Below are positions 30,956 to 40,974 of a stretch of 64,000 nt of DNA, piece by piece. The notes under the pieces were generated by a model, which ran no database searches, had not been told where the DNA came from, and saw nothing but the letters and a program-made list of their open reading frames with translations. Source of the DNA: Gammaproteobacteria bacterium (GTDB lineage: Bacteria > Pseudomonadota > Gammaproteobacteria > CBDDKY01); contig CBDDKY010000003.1 in assembly GCA_965230455.1 (NCBI GenBank), positions 1,439,856 to 1,503,855 of the forward strand. Reading direction: 5' to 3'. Made by a program: the position numbers and the translations under genes. Numbering within the stretch: position 1 is the first letter of the stretch; every line of letters begins with the position of its first letter.

Positions 30956-32601
30956 TTAATCTCCTTGTGGGATTTTAAAATAAAAAGTTGTTCCCTCTTT
31001 CTCTGCAGAATCAAACCATATGCTTCCATCATGTTTCTCTATCATTTTTTTAACGATAGTGAGCCCTGCTCCTGTTCCATCACCATACTTGTCCCGCCCA
31101 TGCAAGCGTTTAAATATTTTGTTTTTATGTGACTCTTTAATGCCAATACCATTATCTTTGACATAAATAATATTAGTTTCTTGTTGACAACCTATTTCTA
31201 TTTTAGGTTCATCATCTTCATTATACTTTACTGCATTTATTATTAAATTATAAAATATTTCCCCCATAAGTATGGCATCGCACTTTATGACAGGTAGCTT
31301 ATTGACGATATTTACTGAAGCATTTTTTTCTTTTAATGTTGAATCTACGGAGTTTATTACACCATCAAGTATTTTCTCTAAATGATTATGCTTAATCTGC
31401 AAATCAGCATTACCGAGCCTTGCATATTTAAGTAAAGTATTAATCAGCTCTTCTAATCGCTTTGTTAAACGAGGTAAAGCTTGTAGCATTTTTTTACCTT
31501 CATTATCTAGATTATTACTATAATCCTCTAACAAAAATTCCGAATAGTTGTGTATACCACGCAAAGGTTCTTTTAGATCATGAGAAGCAATATAAGCAAA
31601 ATCATTTAATTCTTGATTAGACACTTTTAATTTTCTAATAAATTCTTCTTTCATTTTGTCTATTGATTTACGTTCTGTTATATCAATAATTGAAACTAAT
31701 ACCTGCTGAGTCCCTTTGTAACTAATGGCATTTAAAGAAATTTCTACCGGAATTTTTTGTTTATTCTTATTAATGATAAAAACTTCCCGTCCTTCCCCCA
31801 TTCGCATTGGTAAAGGATCTTTAAAGTACTGTTTCAAGTGAGTCGCTATGCTCGAGAAACATTTCGGCCATCGTGACCCCGAAATGAACTCGCATAACGC
31901 GACCACCATAAAGCCGCGACCGTCCTCGTCAACGGCCCTACGTGTACTACGCACACTGCGGACCGTCTCTCAAATGACTCTACGCTGACGTAAAGATTTT
32001 TTAAACTCGCTACGCTCTTCAAAAAATCGTCAGCTATCGCGGACTACTCGCCCTCGGCTGCGCCTCTCCCTGGCTCGCAGCGTATGTAGTCATCGTGTTT
32101 TTCTATCAGTGCTTTATCCATAAGATTATCAGTAGACAAACCAATCATATCTTCTTCTTCATAAGCCAACAATGTTTGAGCAAACTTATTTGAAAAAACT
32201 ATTTTACCCATGGGATTTACCACTAACAAAGCTCCTGGAACTGTTTGTAAAATTTTCTTACTACTTTTATTACTTTCCTCTACTATTAAATCTGCTTTTT
32301 TCTTCTGATATATAATAAAAGCAGCCCCCCAAATTGCCAGTATCGCATAAGCTCTATTCATTGCCGCAACATATAAGTCCGTAGCGTAACTCTCTAATGG
32401 TAAAGCTGCAATAATAGTTAACAAGGTTGTTAGCACTGCAAATTTAATGCTAGCATAAATATCACTCATGAAAAGTGTACATAAAATACACAAAATATAA
32501 GGAACACCACCTGCAATACCTAGCGGTGTATTTAAATCGACAAAGAAAATAATAGCCACAAGTAATAAGTTGCAGATTAATAATACTTTCACTTTATCCA
32601 T
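30956..32601 (-). pseudogene. Membrane PAS histidine kinase interrupted by a 248-bp insertion
   Basis: ORFs 32044-32601 and 30956-31954 fuse in frame (...KHDDY|LKQYFKDP..., 465 aa) when 31838-32085 is removed. ASHDLKEPL H-box; N and G boxes present. Confidence 0.88.
31838..32085. mobile_element. 248-bp structured insertion without terminal inverted repeats
   Basis: GC-rich segment in an AT-rich gene with several hairpins. Boundaries defined by frame restoration, with a 2-bp (GT) ambiguity. Confidence 0.85.
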
Positions 32602-32643
32602 ATTATATTTTTCCTTAATTAAGTCGATTTACTGCTATAGTTG

Positions 32644-33084
32644 TTAGGGTAATGAATTTAATGAAAACCAATAGTTATAAAAAAGACTTATCGATTTTTT
32701 ATAATCATCAAAATCAACAGACTTTTGTATATAACTATTAACACCATGAGCATAGCAGTAAGCGATATCTCGGGGATCATTAGAAGTGGTAAATATAATA
32801 ACAGGTATTGGTTTCAATGCCTCATTTGACTTTATCGTAGATAAAACTTCACGGCCATCCATGCCAGGCATATTTAGATCTAGCATGATCAAAATAGGCT
32901 TAACAGTATTATTTGCATAGTTATCTTGTTTTAATAAAAAGTGCAGGGCCTCCTGCCCACTATGACAACGAATCAATGGCCTTTCAATTTTTTCGAGCCT
33001 AAATGCTCTTTTGGTTGCCATAAAGTCTTCATCTGCATCTTCAACAACAAGTATAGGTGAGTTATCTTTTGCTTTATTATCCAT
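32644..33084 (-). CDS. Single-domain response regulator (Rcp1-like)
   Basis: LVVEDA, MLDLNMP, FTTS, NSYIQK, YWF. Confidence 0.92.
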   Translation of the reverse strand: MDNKAKDNSPILVVEDADEDFMATKRAFRLEKIERPLIRCHSGQEALHFLLKQDNYANNTVKPILIMLDLNMPGMDGREVLSTIKSNEALKPIPVIIFTTSNDPRDIAYCYAHGVNSYIQKSVDFDDYKKSISLFYNYWFSLNSLP

Positions 33085-34630
33085 CAGTACCTCCGTTAAA
33101 ATTAAAATAAAAACAACTTCCCTTGTCAAGAACTGAGTCGATCCAAATTTTACCACCATGTCTTTCAATAATAGCTTTTACTATGGTTAAGCCTGCTCCA
33201 GATCCTTCATAGTGGTCATGAGAATGTAATCGTTTAAAAATTTGAAATATTTTTTCATGATTACTTTTATCAATCCCAATGCCATTGTCTTTGACATAAT
33301 AGGCATGTTTTATTTCATCAAATCCTATCTCTACAAATTTTTCTTTTTTATTATTATATTTAATAGCATTGGTAATAAGATTTCTAAATACTTCTGCTAT
33401 ACTTATTTTATCGCAAACTGCCTCAGAAAGATTGTCAGATGTCTTTATAGTCACCCCTTTAAGTAATATAAAACCTTCTAAGGATTCTATAACATCATTA
33501 ACTAAATTATTCATATCAACCACAGATTGTTCCATTTCTATACGGCCTATTCTAGAATAATCAAGTAATGAGGCTAATATTCCATCTAATTTTTTAGAGA
33601 GTCTGGGTAATTTCTCTAGCATTTTTTTGCCTTCACTATCTAATATTTTCCCATAATCTTCGAGTAAAAATTGAGCTAAAAAATGAATACCTCGTAAAGG
33701 CTCACGTAAATCATGAGATGCAATGTAAGAAAAACTATCTAAATCTTCATTAGAGCGTATTAATGCCTTACTTTTAGCTTCAAGCGCCTTATTTAATTGT
33801 TCCAGCTTTTCTGTATATTTCAAACGTTCTTCTGTTCTCTTTTTATCTGACACATCTCTAATAGCCGCTAACCCAACGGTTTTCTCATTATTGTGCATAG
33901 GGCTTAGACTAATTTCCACTGGAAATTCTTTCCCTTCTTTGTTAATTGCATATAAATCCAACGTTGAACCCATCGGTCGTCTTTTAGGGTTAACAAAATA
34001 ATTTATTCGATAGTTAATATGTGATGCCTGATAGCGCTCTGGAATTAAACGTTCTATTTTTTCACCAATAAGCTCATTTTTCTGATAGCCAAATAAACGA
34101 TTGACCTGATCATTAGCTAAGGTAATATGGCCATATGAGTCTATCATGATAATGGCATCAGGGGCTGCTTCTAAAATAGAGCGAGCATGATTTTCTGCTT
34201 CGATTAATCGCTGATTGACACGTTGCAGTTCTTGATTCTTTTTCTCTAATTGCCAGGGACTTGGTAGCTTTAATAGGATGGGTATTTGAGGCCAAACTAA
34301 AATTGCTGTTAATAAAGAAACCATTGCTGTAGCAGCGAGTACTATAGATTGCCAACCATAAATAGGGTTCCATAGTGTGATAAGGGCCATTATATGAGAA
34401 AAGCCACACAGTAAAATAAAGGCACCAAATAAAATAAAAACCCATTTAAACTTTAAATCTTCTCGTTTAAAGATAAGAAAAATTAAAGCGAGGGGGATAA
34501 TAAAATATGAAATAGATATGACAGCATGAGATACAACTGTTAGCCACATCACACTAGGCTTCCACGATAAACAAACACCATGCGGCATAAGCCCTTGTGT
34601 TTGAAAAAAGTTCAGTAAGCTATCTAGCAT
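33077..34630 (-). CDS. PAS histidine kinase with an ethylene-receptor-like 3-TM sensor domain
   Basis: MPHGVC...ISYFIIP...FGAFILLCGFSH...LPSP N-terminus, PAS domain, ASHDLREPL H-box, HATPase domain. Confidence 0.9.
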   Translation of the reverse strand: MLDSLLNFFQTQGLMPHGVCLSWKPSVMWLTVVSHAVISISYFIIPLALIFLIFKREDLKFKWVFILFGAFILLCGFSHIMALITLWNPIYGWQSIVLAATAMVSLLTAILVWPQIPILLKLPSPWQLEKKNQELQRVNQRLIEAENHARSILEAAPDAIIMIDSYGHITLANDQVNRLFGYQKNELIGEKIERLIPERYQASHINYRINYFVNPKRRPMGSTLDLYAINKEGKEFPVEISLSPMHNNEKTVGLAAIRDVSDKKRTEERLKYTEKLEQLNKALEAKSKALIRSNEDLDSFSYIASHDLREPLRGIHFLAQFLLEDYGKILDSEGKKMLEKLPRLSKKLDGILASLLDYSRIGRIEMEQSVVDMNNLVNDVIESLEGFILLKGVTIKTSDNLSEAVCDKISIAEVFRNLITNAIKYNNKKEKFVEIGFDEIKHAYYVKDNGIGIDKSNHEKIFQIFKRLHSHDHYEGSGAGLTIVKAIIERHGGKIWIDSVLDKGSCFYFNFNGGTDG

Positions 34631-34805
34631 ATATTTAACTCCGACTTTAGCTATCGTTTGATTTTGTATCATCTCTTAATCTAACATAGTCTAGACAAAT
34701 AAATTGTCAACTCAACGTAGAAATACCTATAGCTTTATACCTTGCATTTTCTTATACTGCTAGATCATTTAGATCATTGTAGAATTTTGAAAGGACGAGA
34801 CTTAT

Positions 34806-36542
34806 ATGGAATCCATTATTGTCAGACGGCCTGTTAAGGATGGGCAGAGTGCCTTGCCTGATGAATTACACCCGGTGCTAAAGCGTATCTACCAAGCCCG
34901 TGGCATTGAAGATGCTGATCAACTAGAGCGTGGGCTTAAGCAGCTATTGCCGCTTGATAGCATGAAGAACATCAACGTTGCTGCCCATCGTATCTATAAA
35001 TCATTACAAAATCAAGAGCGTATTGTTATTGTGGGTGATTTTGATGCCGATGGTGCTACTAGCACGGCGGTGTTGCTGAGCAGTTTAAAAGCCATGGGCG
35101 CCCAGCACGTAGACTTTTTGGTGCCCAATCGTTTTGAATTTGGTTATGGCTTAACCCCTGAAATTGTACGCGTTGCGCATGGATTACACCCACATTTACT
35201 TATTACCGTGGATAATGGAATTGCTAATCATGATGGGGTCGATGCGGCTAATGGCTTAGGTATTGATGTGATTGTTACTGATCATCACTTACCGAGTGAG
35301 ACGTTGCCTGCAGCTTATACCATCGTCAATCCCAATCAGCCAGGCTGTGAGTTTCCCAGTAAAAACTTAGCCGGTGTGGGAGTGATTTTTTATGTCATGC
35401 TTGCCCTGCGGCAATGCTTGCGACAAGAGGGATGGTTTGAAGCACAACGTATTACAGAACCTAATATGGCTGAGTTGTTAGATTTAGTTGCGTTGGGAAC
35501 CGTGGCTGATGTGGTGCCCTTGGATAAAAATAATCGCATTTTAGTCCATCAGGGGGTGCAACGGATTCGTGCAGGAAAAGCACGCCCCGGCATCATGGCA
35601 CTCATTAAGGTTGCTAAACGGCAATGGGCAAACCTGGTCTCTTCTGACTTAGGTTTTGCGTTGGGGCCACGTTTAAATGCGGCTGGGCGTTTGGATGATA
35701 TGAGTATTGGTATTCAATGTTTGCTTTCCACAGAGCAACGCACAGCCTTTACCTTAGCGGAGGAATTACAAGCGTTAAATCAAGAACGTCGCGATATCGA
35801 AAGCGGTATGAAGGCACAAGCATTGTATTTTTGTGAGCAATTGGCGCAAAAGCAATGCCTATCCTTGGGACTTTGTCTTTATCAAGCTGACTGGCATCAA
35901 GGTGTTGTGGGCATTTTAGCGTCACGCATTAAAGAAAGTTTTCATCGACCGGTGATTGCCTTTGCTAAAACCGATGATAAAACACTAAAAGGCTCAGCGC
36001 GTTCCATTAAAAGTGTACACATCCGCGATGTCTTAGCGGCCATCAATGCTAAGCAGCCAGGGCTCATTCTCAAGTTTGGTGGCCATGCGATGGCAGCAGG
36101 TTTAAGTTTGCTTGAAGAAAATTTAAGGGCCTTTAGTGAGGCTTTTAATAAGGAACTTGCAGGTCACATCGAAGAAGATGCGTTGAAAGGCGAAATTGTC
36201 ACTGACGGTGAACTCGCCGCAGAAGACTTGACCCTGCCTTTTGCCAAGCTGTTACAACAAGCGGGCCCCTGGGGGCAGGCGTTTCCAGAACCCTCCTTTG
36301 ATGGAGAGTTCACTATTATTTCTCAACGGTTGGTGGCCAATAAGCACGTGAAGTTTGTCTTAGAAACAAGCAGGGGCGGCTATTTATTGGATGCGATGTT
36401 ATTCAACGCAGACTTAAATCAATGGCCTAATCAGCGTGCTAAACGAATCAACGCCGCTTACCGTCTGACTGTCAATGATTATCAAGGTTTGCCCAGTGTA
36501 CAATTAATGCTGGAGCATTTGCAGGATATTTCTGCCCATTAA
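34806..36542 (+). CDS. recJ: Single-stranded DNA exonuclease RecJ
   Basis: GDFDADG, TDHH, PRLNAAGR and GGHAMAAG. Confidence 0.97.
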   Translation: MESIIVRRPVKDGQSALPDELHPVLKRIYQARGIEDADQLERGLKQLLPLDSMKNINVAAHRIYKSLQNQERIVIVGDFDADGATSTAVLLSSLKAMGAQHVDFLVPNRFEFGYGLTPEIVRVAHGLHPHLLITVDNGIANHDGVDAANGLGIDVIVTDHHLPSETLPAAYTIVNPNQPGCEFPSKNLAGVGVIFYVMLALRQCLRQEGWFEAQRITEPNMAELLDLVALGTVADVVPLDKNNRILVHQGVQRIRAGKARPGIMALIKVAKRQWANLVSSDLGFALGPRLNAAGRLDDMSIGIQCLLSTEQRTAFTLAEELQALNQERRDIESGMKAQALYFCEQLAQKQCLSLGLCLYQADWHQGVVGILASRIKESFHRPVIAFAKTDDKTLKGSARSIKSVHIRDVLAAINAKQPGLILKFGGHAMAAGLSLLEENLRAFSEAFNKELAGHIEEDALKGEIVTDGELAAEDLTLPFAKLLQQAGPWGQAFPEPSFDGEFTIISQRLVANKHVKFVLETSRGGYLLDAMLFNADLNQWPNQRAKRINAAYRLTVNDYQGLPSVQLMLEHLQDISAH

Positions 36543-36604
36543 TAATGGGTTTTTAGCCTTACTTTCTTTTTTTGCATATCAGTTATTTTTAGAGGGTGCA
36601 TGTG

Positions 36605-37750
36605 ATGTCACAATCAGAATCTCAATCAAAAATAGAGCGCTTTATCTTACAAGCGATGGTTAGTGATGATTATTTTAAGCTAGCAAGCAGTAAGTTGGCG
36701 TTAGAAAATTTTTCTCAACAGGAATATCTATCAGAAGACTTTTTTGCAGCCTTAGACAAGTTGCTGTTTGGCTTTTTGAAGCAGGAACAAGCCGCCAAAA
36801 ATTCTGTGGAGATCATAAGACGCAAAGGAAGCTGGCTTGGTTTTTTAGCGCAAGGTGTGAAAAAGGCATTTAATTTAGAAAAGTATTATGCGGTAAGGGG
36901 AGCGCGATCAGACTATAAACAGGGAACACTGTTGTATTTTCATCTTTGTTTGCTGAAAGCTTGTGTAGAAAGCAATAGTGTAAGTGAAAATGCTAAAGCT
37001 ACGATAGCGATATTGGTAGAGCAGGTAAAGAAAGTCGAGTCACTGAGTGTCTTTGAGCTTCTTGAGATCTCTGCCTACCATTCGCTTGGCACGGGAAAGC
37101 TTTTTTTAGATGGTTCTGATAAAACGGCGAGGCTTCCAAGCGTGCATGAGTATATTCTTAAAATTATTCCTATATGTCAAGAAGTTAAGGACGAGTACAG
37201 TTTCACTAAGGATTGCCAACAGAAGTTTATAATGAACATGAGTCAACTTATTTCCTTTGAGTTGCCTCTGCCGCTCAACAGTAAAAATTGTTTGTCTAGG
37301 GTTGAGGAAATATGGAATATCCCGCGCAAAGAGAATGATAAAAAAGATAGCTGTCAAAAAGAAATAAGGGCTTATTTTCAGCCAGAATGCTGGTTGCAAT
37401 GGTATATTAATGTTTGGCGGTTACCCGCTAATGAGCAATGGGTATCTCAGCAAAGTGATAACCGTAAGGCTTTTCAAGAGGCTTTTAGGCATATTTATCG
37501 GCAAGAGGTTGTTGTTGAAAATTACGTTAATAAGGAACTTAGCAAAAACTGTATAGTGAAAAATTACCATATCTTATTGGGGATGGCAGATGTTTTGTTC
37601 ACGTCTGCAAGACCTGTTTCTACCCGGCTAACTGGCGAAAATCCAAATGCTTATGCTAGGCCTATTCCCAGTCATTATGGTGCGACATCTGGAGCAACAG
37701 AAAAAATTAACATAGTGGAAGACAACAGGAAGTGCTGTGTTTTACTATAA
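36605..37750 (+). CDS. Hypothetical protein with a C-terminal CaaX motif (candidate prenylated effector)
   Basis: About 381 aa, ending ...DNRKCCVLL*; no recognised bacterial family. Confidence 0.75.
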   Translation: MSQSESQSKIERFILQAMVSDDYFKLASSKLALENFSQQEYLSEDFFAALDKLLFGFLKQEQAAKNSVEIIRRKGSWLGFLAQGVKKAFNLEKYYAVRGARSDYKQGTLLYFHLCLLKACVESNSVSENAKATIAILVEQVKKVESLSVFELLEISAYHSLGTGKLFLDGSDKTARLPSVHEYILKIIPICQEVKDEYSFTKDCQQKFIMNMSQLISFELPLPLNSKNCLSRVEEIWNIPRKENDKKDSCQKEIRAYFQPECWLQWYINVWRLPANEQWVSQQSDNRKAFQEAFRHIYRQEVVVENYVNKELSKNCIVKNYHILLGMADVLFTSARPVSTRLTGENPNAYARPIPSHYGATSGATEKINIVEDNRKCCVLL

Positions 37751-37786
37751 ATTATACGTTGTGCCCTTTTGTAGGATTAAACTTAT

Positions 37787-38404
37787 TTAACCTGAGTTCG
37801 ACATAAGAAGGTTATTTACGATAGTACAAAATAACTCTGCGGTGCGTTCAGCATCATAAATAGCGGAGTGTGCTTTTTTGGTATCAAAAGGAATTTTAGC
37901 GGCTTTACAGGCTTTAGCTAATACGGTTTGTCCATAAGCGAGCCCCCCTAAGGTGGCCGTGTCAAAGGTTGTAAAACGGTGAAAAGGCATGCTTTTTAAT
38001 TTGCAGCGTACAACGGCAGCCTTTAAAAAATTCAAGTCAAAGCTAGGGTTATGTCCCACTAAAACAGCACGATTGCATTGTGCCTCTGTAATAGCAGTTT
38101 CCACCCGGGCGAATAATTTATTGAGAGCTTCCTGCTCATCAATGGCAAAACGAAAAGGGTGGTAAGGGTCAATGCCGGTAAAGGCTAAGGCTTCGGGGTC
38201 TAAGTTAGCACCTTCAAAAGGTAAAATATGGCAGGCATGGGTATTAGCGGGATGCCAGCGTCCTTCTTCATCCAGCTGTAAAAATACCAGGGCAATTTCC
38301 AATAGCGCATCAGTTTTTTCATTGAAACCGGCAGTTTCAATATCCACCACGACGGGTAAAAAGCCGCGAAAACGCTGATGAGGAACGGTGATTTTTTTAT
38401 TCAT
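37787..38404 (-). CDS. rnt: Ribonuclease T
   Basis: RFRGFLPVVVDIETAGFN, GHNPSFD, AHSAIYDAERTAELFC. Confidence 0.96.
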   Translation of the reverse strand: MNKKITVPHQRFRGFLPVVVDIETAGFNEKTDALLEIALVFLQLDEEGRWHPANTHACHILPFEGANLDPEALAFTGIDPYHPFRFAIDEQEALNKLFARVETAITEAQCNRAVLVGHNPSFDLNFLKAAVVRCKLKSMPFHRFTTFDTATLGGLAYGQTVLAKACKAAKIPFDTKKAHSAIYDAERTAELFCTIVNNLLMSNSG

Positions 38405-39482
38405 GGGATAATGTCCAATTTAGCGTTTTGCCAGCGCCTAAGGGCGTTAATTCATGCTCACCAAAAGTAAAAGACTGTGGAATAGTTTGCGGTATTTGGC
38501 TGAGCGTTACCTTTTGGGTATTGCGCGGTAAACCATAAAAATCTGCACCGAAATGGCTAGCGAAATTTTCTAGCTTATCCAAGGCATTATGTTGTTCAAA
38601 AATGTCAGCATAGAAAGCAAGGGCCGCGTGGGCTGAATAAATGCCTGCGCAGCCACAAGCAGATTCTTTCTGGGGGCGTGGGTGGGGTGCACTATCGGTG
38701 CCTAAGAAAAAACGTGGATGGCCGCTGATGGCTGCACTCACTAAACGTTGTCGATGGGTCTCTGCTTTTAAAATGGGTAAACAATAATAATGTGGCTTAA
38801 TTCCACCGACTAACAGGTCGTTACGATTGTAGAGTAAATGCTGCGGCGTGAGTGTGGCGGCTAAATTATCGGGGCTCTCCATAACAACATCTACCGCTTC
38901 TTTGGTGGTAATGTGCTCTAATACCATAGGAAGCGCAGGAAAGTGCTGTAGCAGGGGCATTAACTGACGTTCAATAAAAATCGCTTCTCTATCAAAAATA
39001 TCAACGGGATTATCGGTTACCTCGCCATGCATCAGTAAGGGCATACCCAGTTTTTCTAAAGTTTCCAGCGCGACATACACTTTCTTAAGGTCAGTGACGC
39101 CATTACTAGAATGAGTGGTAGCACCGGCCGGATAATATTTTACCGCATAAATAAAACCCGAGGCCTTAGCCGCCTCTAGGATAGCGGGCGTTGTATTATC
39201 AGTGAGATATAGGGTCATTAGCGGGGTGAAGCTACATTCTTTTGGCATAGCTTGGAGAATGCGCTCCCGGTAGGCTCTAGCACTTGCCACATCAACAACG
39301 GGTTGTTTGAGGTTTGGCATGACAATGACGCGGCCAAATTGCTGAGCGGCATGAGAGACGGTAGTTTTGAGAAATTCATCATCGCGCAGGTGATGATGCC
39401 AATCGTCTGGCTGGGTAATGGTCAGAGTGGTCAATGGATGAATCACCGCGTGATGGTTTAGTACCCGTATTTTAGCAAGCAT
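38397..39482 (-). CDS. pyrC: Dihydroorotase (type II)
   Basis: PDDWHHHLRD, KYYPAGATT, GTDSAPH. True start probably slightly downstream. Confidence 0.96.
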   Translation of the reverse strand: MLAKIRVLNHHAVIHPLTTLTITQPDDWHHHLRDDEFLKTTVSHAAQQFGRVIVMPNLKQPVVDVASARAYRERILQAMPKECSFTPLMTLYLTDNTTPAILEAAKASGFIYAVKYYPAGATTHSSNGVTDLKKVYVALETLEKLGMPLLMHGEVTDNPVDIFDREAIFIERQLMPLLQHFPALPMVLEHITTKEAVDVVMESPDNLAATLTPQHLLYNRNDLLVGGIKPHYYCLPILKAETHRQRLVSAAISGHPRFFLGTDSAPHPRPQKESACGCAGIYSAHAALAFYADIFEQHNALDKLENFASHFGADFYGLPRNTQKVTLSQIPQTIPQSFTFGEHELTPLGAGKTLNWTLSHE

Positions 39483-39585
39483 CCTTTGTATCTGGCAAAG
39501 AATTTGCAGAAGATTTGCTAAGTTAGCTTAAGTCTTCAGATGTCAATTGATTAATCTTCTAATAAGAACCCAAAAACTAAAAGCT

Positions 39586-40533
39586 ATGTCATTATTAATA
39601 CTGACATTGTTGCTTAATGGGTGGAGTATCAGTAGTTCGGCGCAGACGCGGCATTTCGGGGCTAGCATGGATAGTGCTGATTGGCATGTGCAGGGCGGCT
39701 TATTAATTTGCCGTTTAGTTCAGGGTATACCCAGCTTCGGGGAAGCGGCTTTTGAGCGAAAGGCCGGTCATGCGCCACGCTTTCGCTTGGAAAATTGGCA
39801 GCATCCGTTAAGACGTGCACAAAAAGGTTTGCTTTTGTCTTATCCGCCGCCCTGGCGCACTGGTGAAAAGCCACAACGGTTAGCGAAAGTCTCCGTTTTA
39901 CCAGGCAAATATCCGGTGACCCTTAAAACAAATCTCAGTGAACGCTTATTAGGCGTCTTATCTTCGGGACGCTTTCCTGTTTTTGTATACCCTATGGACA
40001 ATGGTTCTAAGAATAATATAATGATAAGCCTATCTGCAGTTAAATTTTCAGAAGCCTATGCGCAATACCTGGGCTGTCTACAGCATTTATTGCCCTATTC
40101 TTATGAGCAGATGGCTAATAATACTATTTATTTTGCCAATAACAGTAGTGAACTAAGTAAAACAGCACGCTTTAACTTGAGTAAAGTCAAAGCCTTCTTG
40201 CAAGCGGGTGGGGAGTACCATAAATTTATGGTGGATGCTTATACCGATAATGTAGGCAGCCGTGATTATAATATTTACTTAGCGCGGAAACGGGCTTTGG
40301 CCGTTAGGCAGTATCTTATCGATAAGGTTAATATACCCGCGGATAAAATTGAAATGCGTGCCTATGGTAAAGCTGACCCTAAGGTGAAAAATGATTCAGA
40401 AAAAGCTAAAGCGCAAAACCGCCGTGTGTTAGTACGTTTAGTGCCAGCGGTTGACGCGTCTGAGTCTAAGCCTAAACCTAAGCCTGACTCTGCTTCTTCT
40501 TCGTCGTCTTTTACAGGGGCCAATGTTGAATAA
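39586..40533 (+). CDS. MotY-like OmpA-family peptidoglycan-binding protein
   Basis: Signal peptide, MotY-like N-domain (CRLVQGIPSFGEAAF), OmpA C-domain (YTDNVG...RALAV...NRRV); divergent from pyrC. Confidence 0.78.
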   Translation: MSLLILTLLLNGWSISSSAQTRHFGASMDSADWHVQGGLLICRLVQGIPSFGEAAFERKAGHAPRFRLENWQHPLRRAQKGLLLSYPPPWRTGEKPQRLAKVSVLPGKYPVTLKTNLSERLLGVLSSGRFPVFVYPMDNGSKNNIMISLSAVKFSEAYAQYLGCLQHLLPYSYEQMANNTIYFANNSSELSKTARFNLSKVKAFLQAGGEYHKFMVDAYTDNVGSRDYNIYLARKRALAVRQYLIDKVNIPADKIEMRAYGKADPKVKNDSEKAKAQNRRVLVRLVPAVDASESKPKPKPDSASSSSSFTGANVE

Positions 40534-40588
40534 TTTATTCAGCCATTCCCGCAGGTTTTAGCCGTTCTTATGTCGAATTCAAGTTATT

Positions 40589-40755
40589 ATCCTAAAATCA
40601 GCAGTTAAATCACGTTTTTGGCGATAACATCTTGATGCATCTAAGAAAACAAAAAAAGTTTACCTCACCAATGAGATGTATGCCGTTTTTTTAGTTTCCT
40701 TATCAAAATCAATCTGTTATACCAAAAAAGCGCGATTTACTGCTGATTTTAGGTT
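40589..40755. mobile_element. MITE family G, short form
   Basis: CCTAAAATCAGCAGTTAAATC ... GATTTACTGCTGATTTTAGG; left arm nearly identical to 57583-57652. Confidence 0.85.
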
Positions 40756-40974
40756 GAAGAGCACAACATAAAAGGTTTGCATTTCTGGGCAGACTTTGCA
40801 ATGATTGCAGCGCTTATGGAGAAAAGCGTTGGCTGTGTTCTGCGTTTGATCCATTTTGGTGCTGGGTAAGACTTTATTTTGCATAATAAAGACAGGGAGT
40901 CTAAGGGCTGTTACCGGCCTTTGAAAACGGGAAGTGCTCGGCTTGATTTTACATCATTCTTGGAGAATATCACC

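Noticed and set aside
31838-32085. Group I or group II intron
   Set aside because: No terminal G or core motifs on the sense strand. The antisense strand has GTGAG...AT ends but no domain V. Splicing remains untested.
40801-40974. Riboswitch or Fur box in the long leader of the porin gene
   Set aside because: No convincing match to a known consensus by eye.
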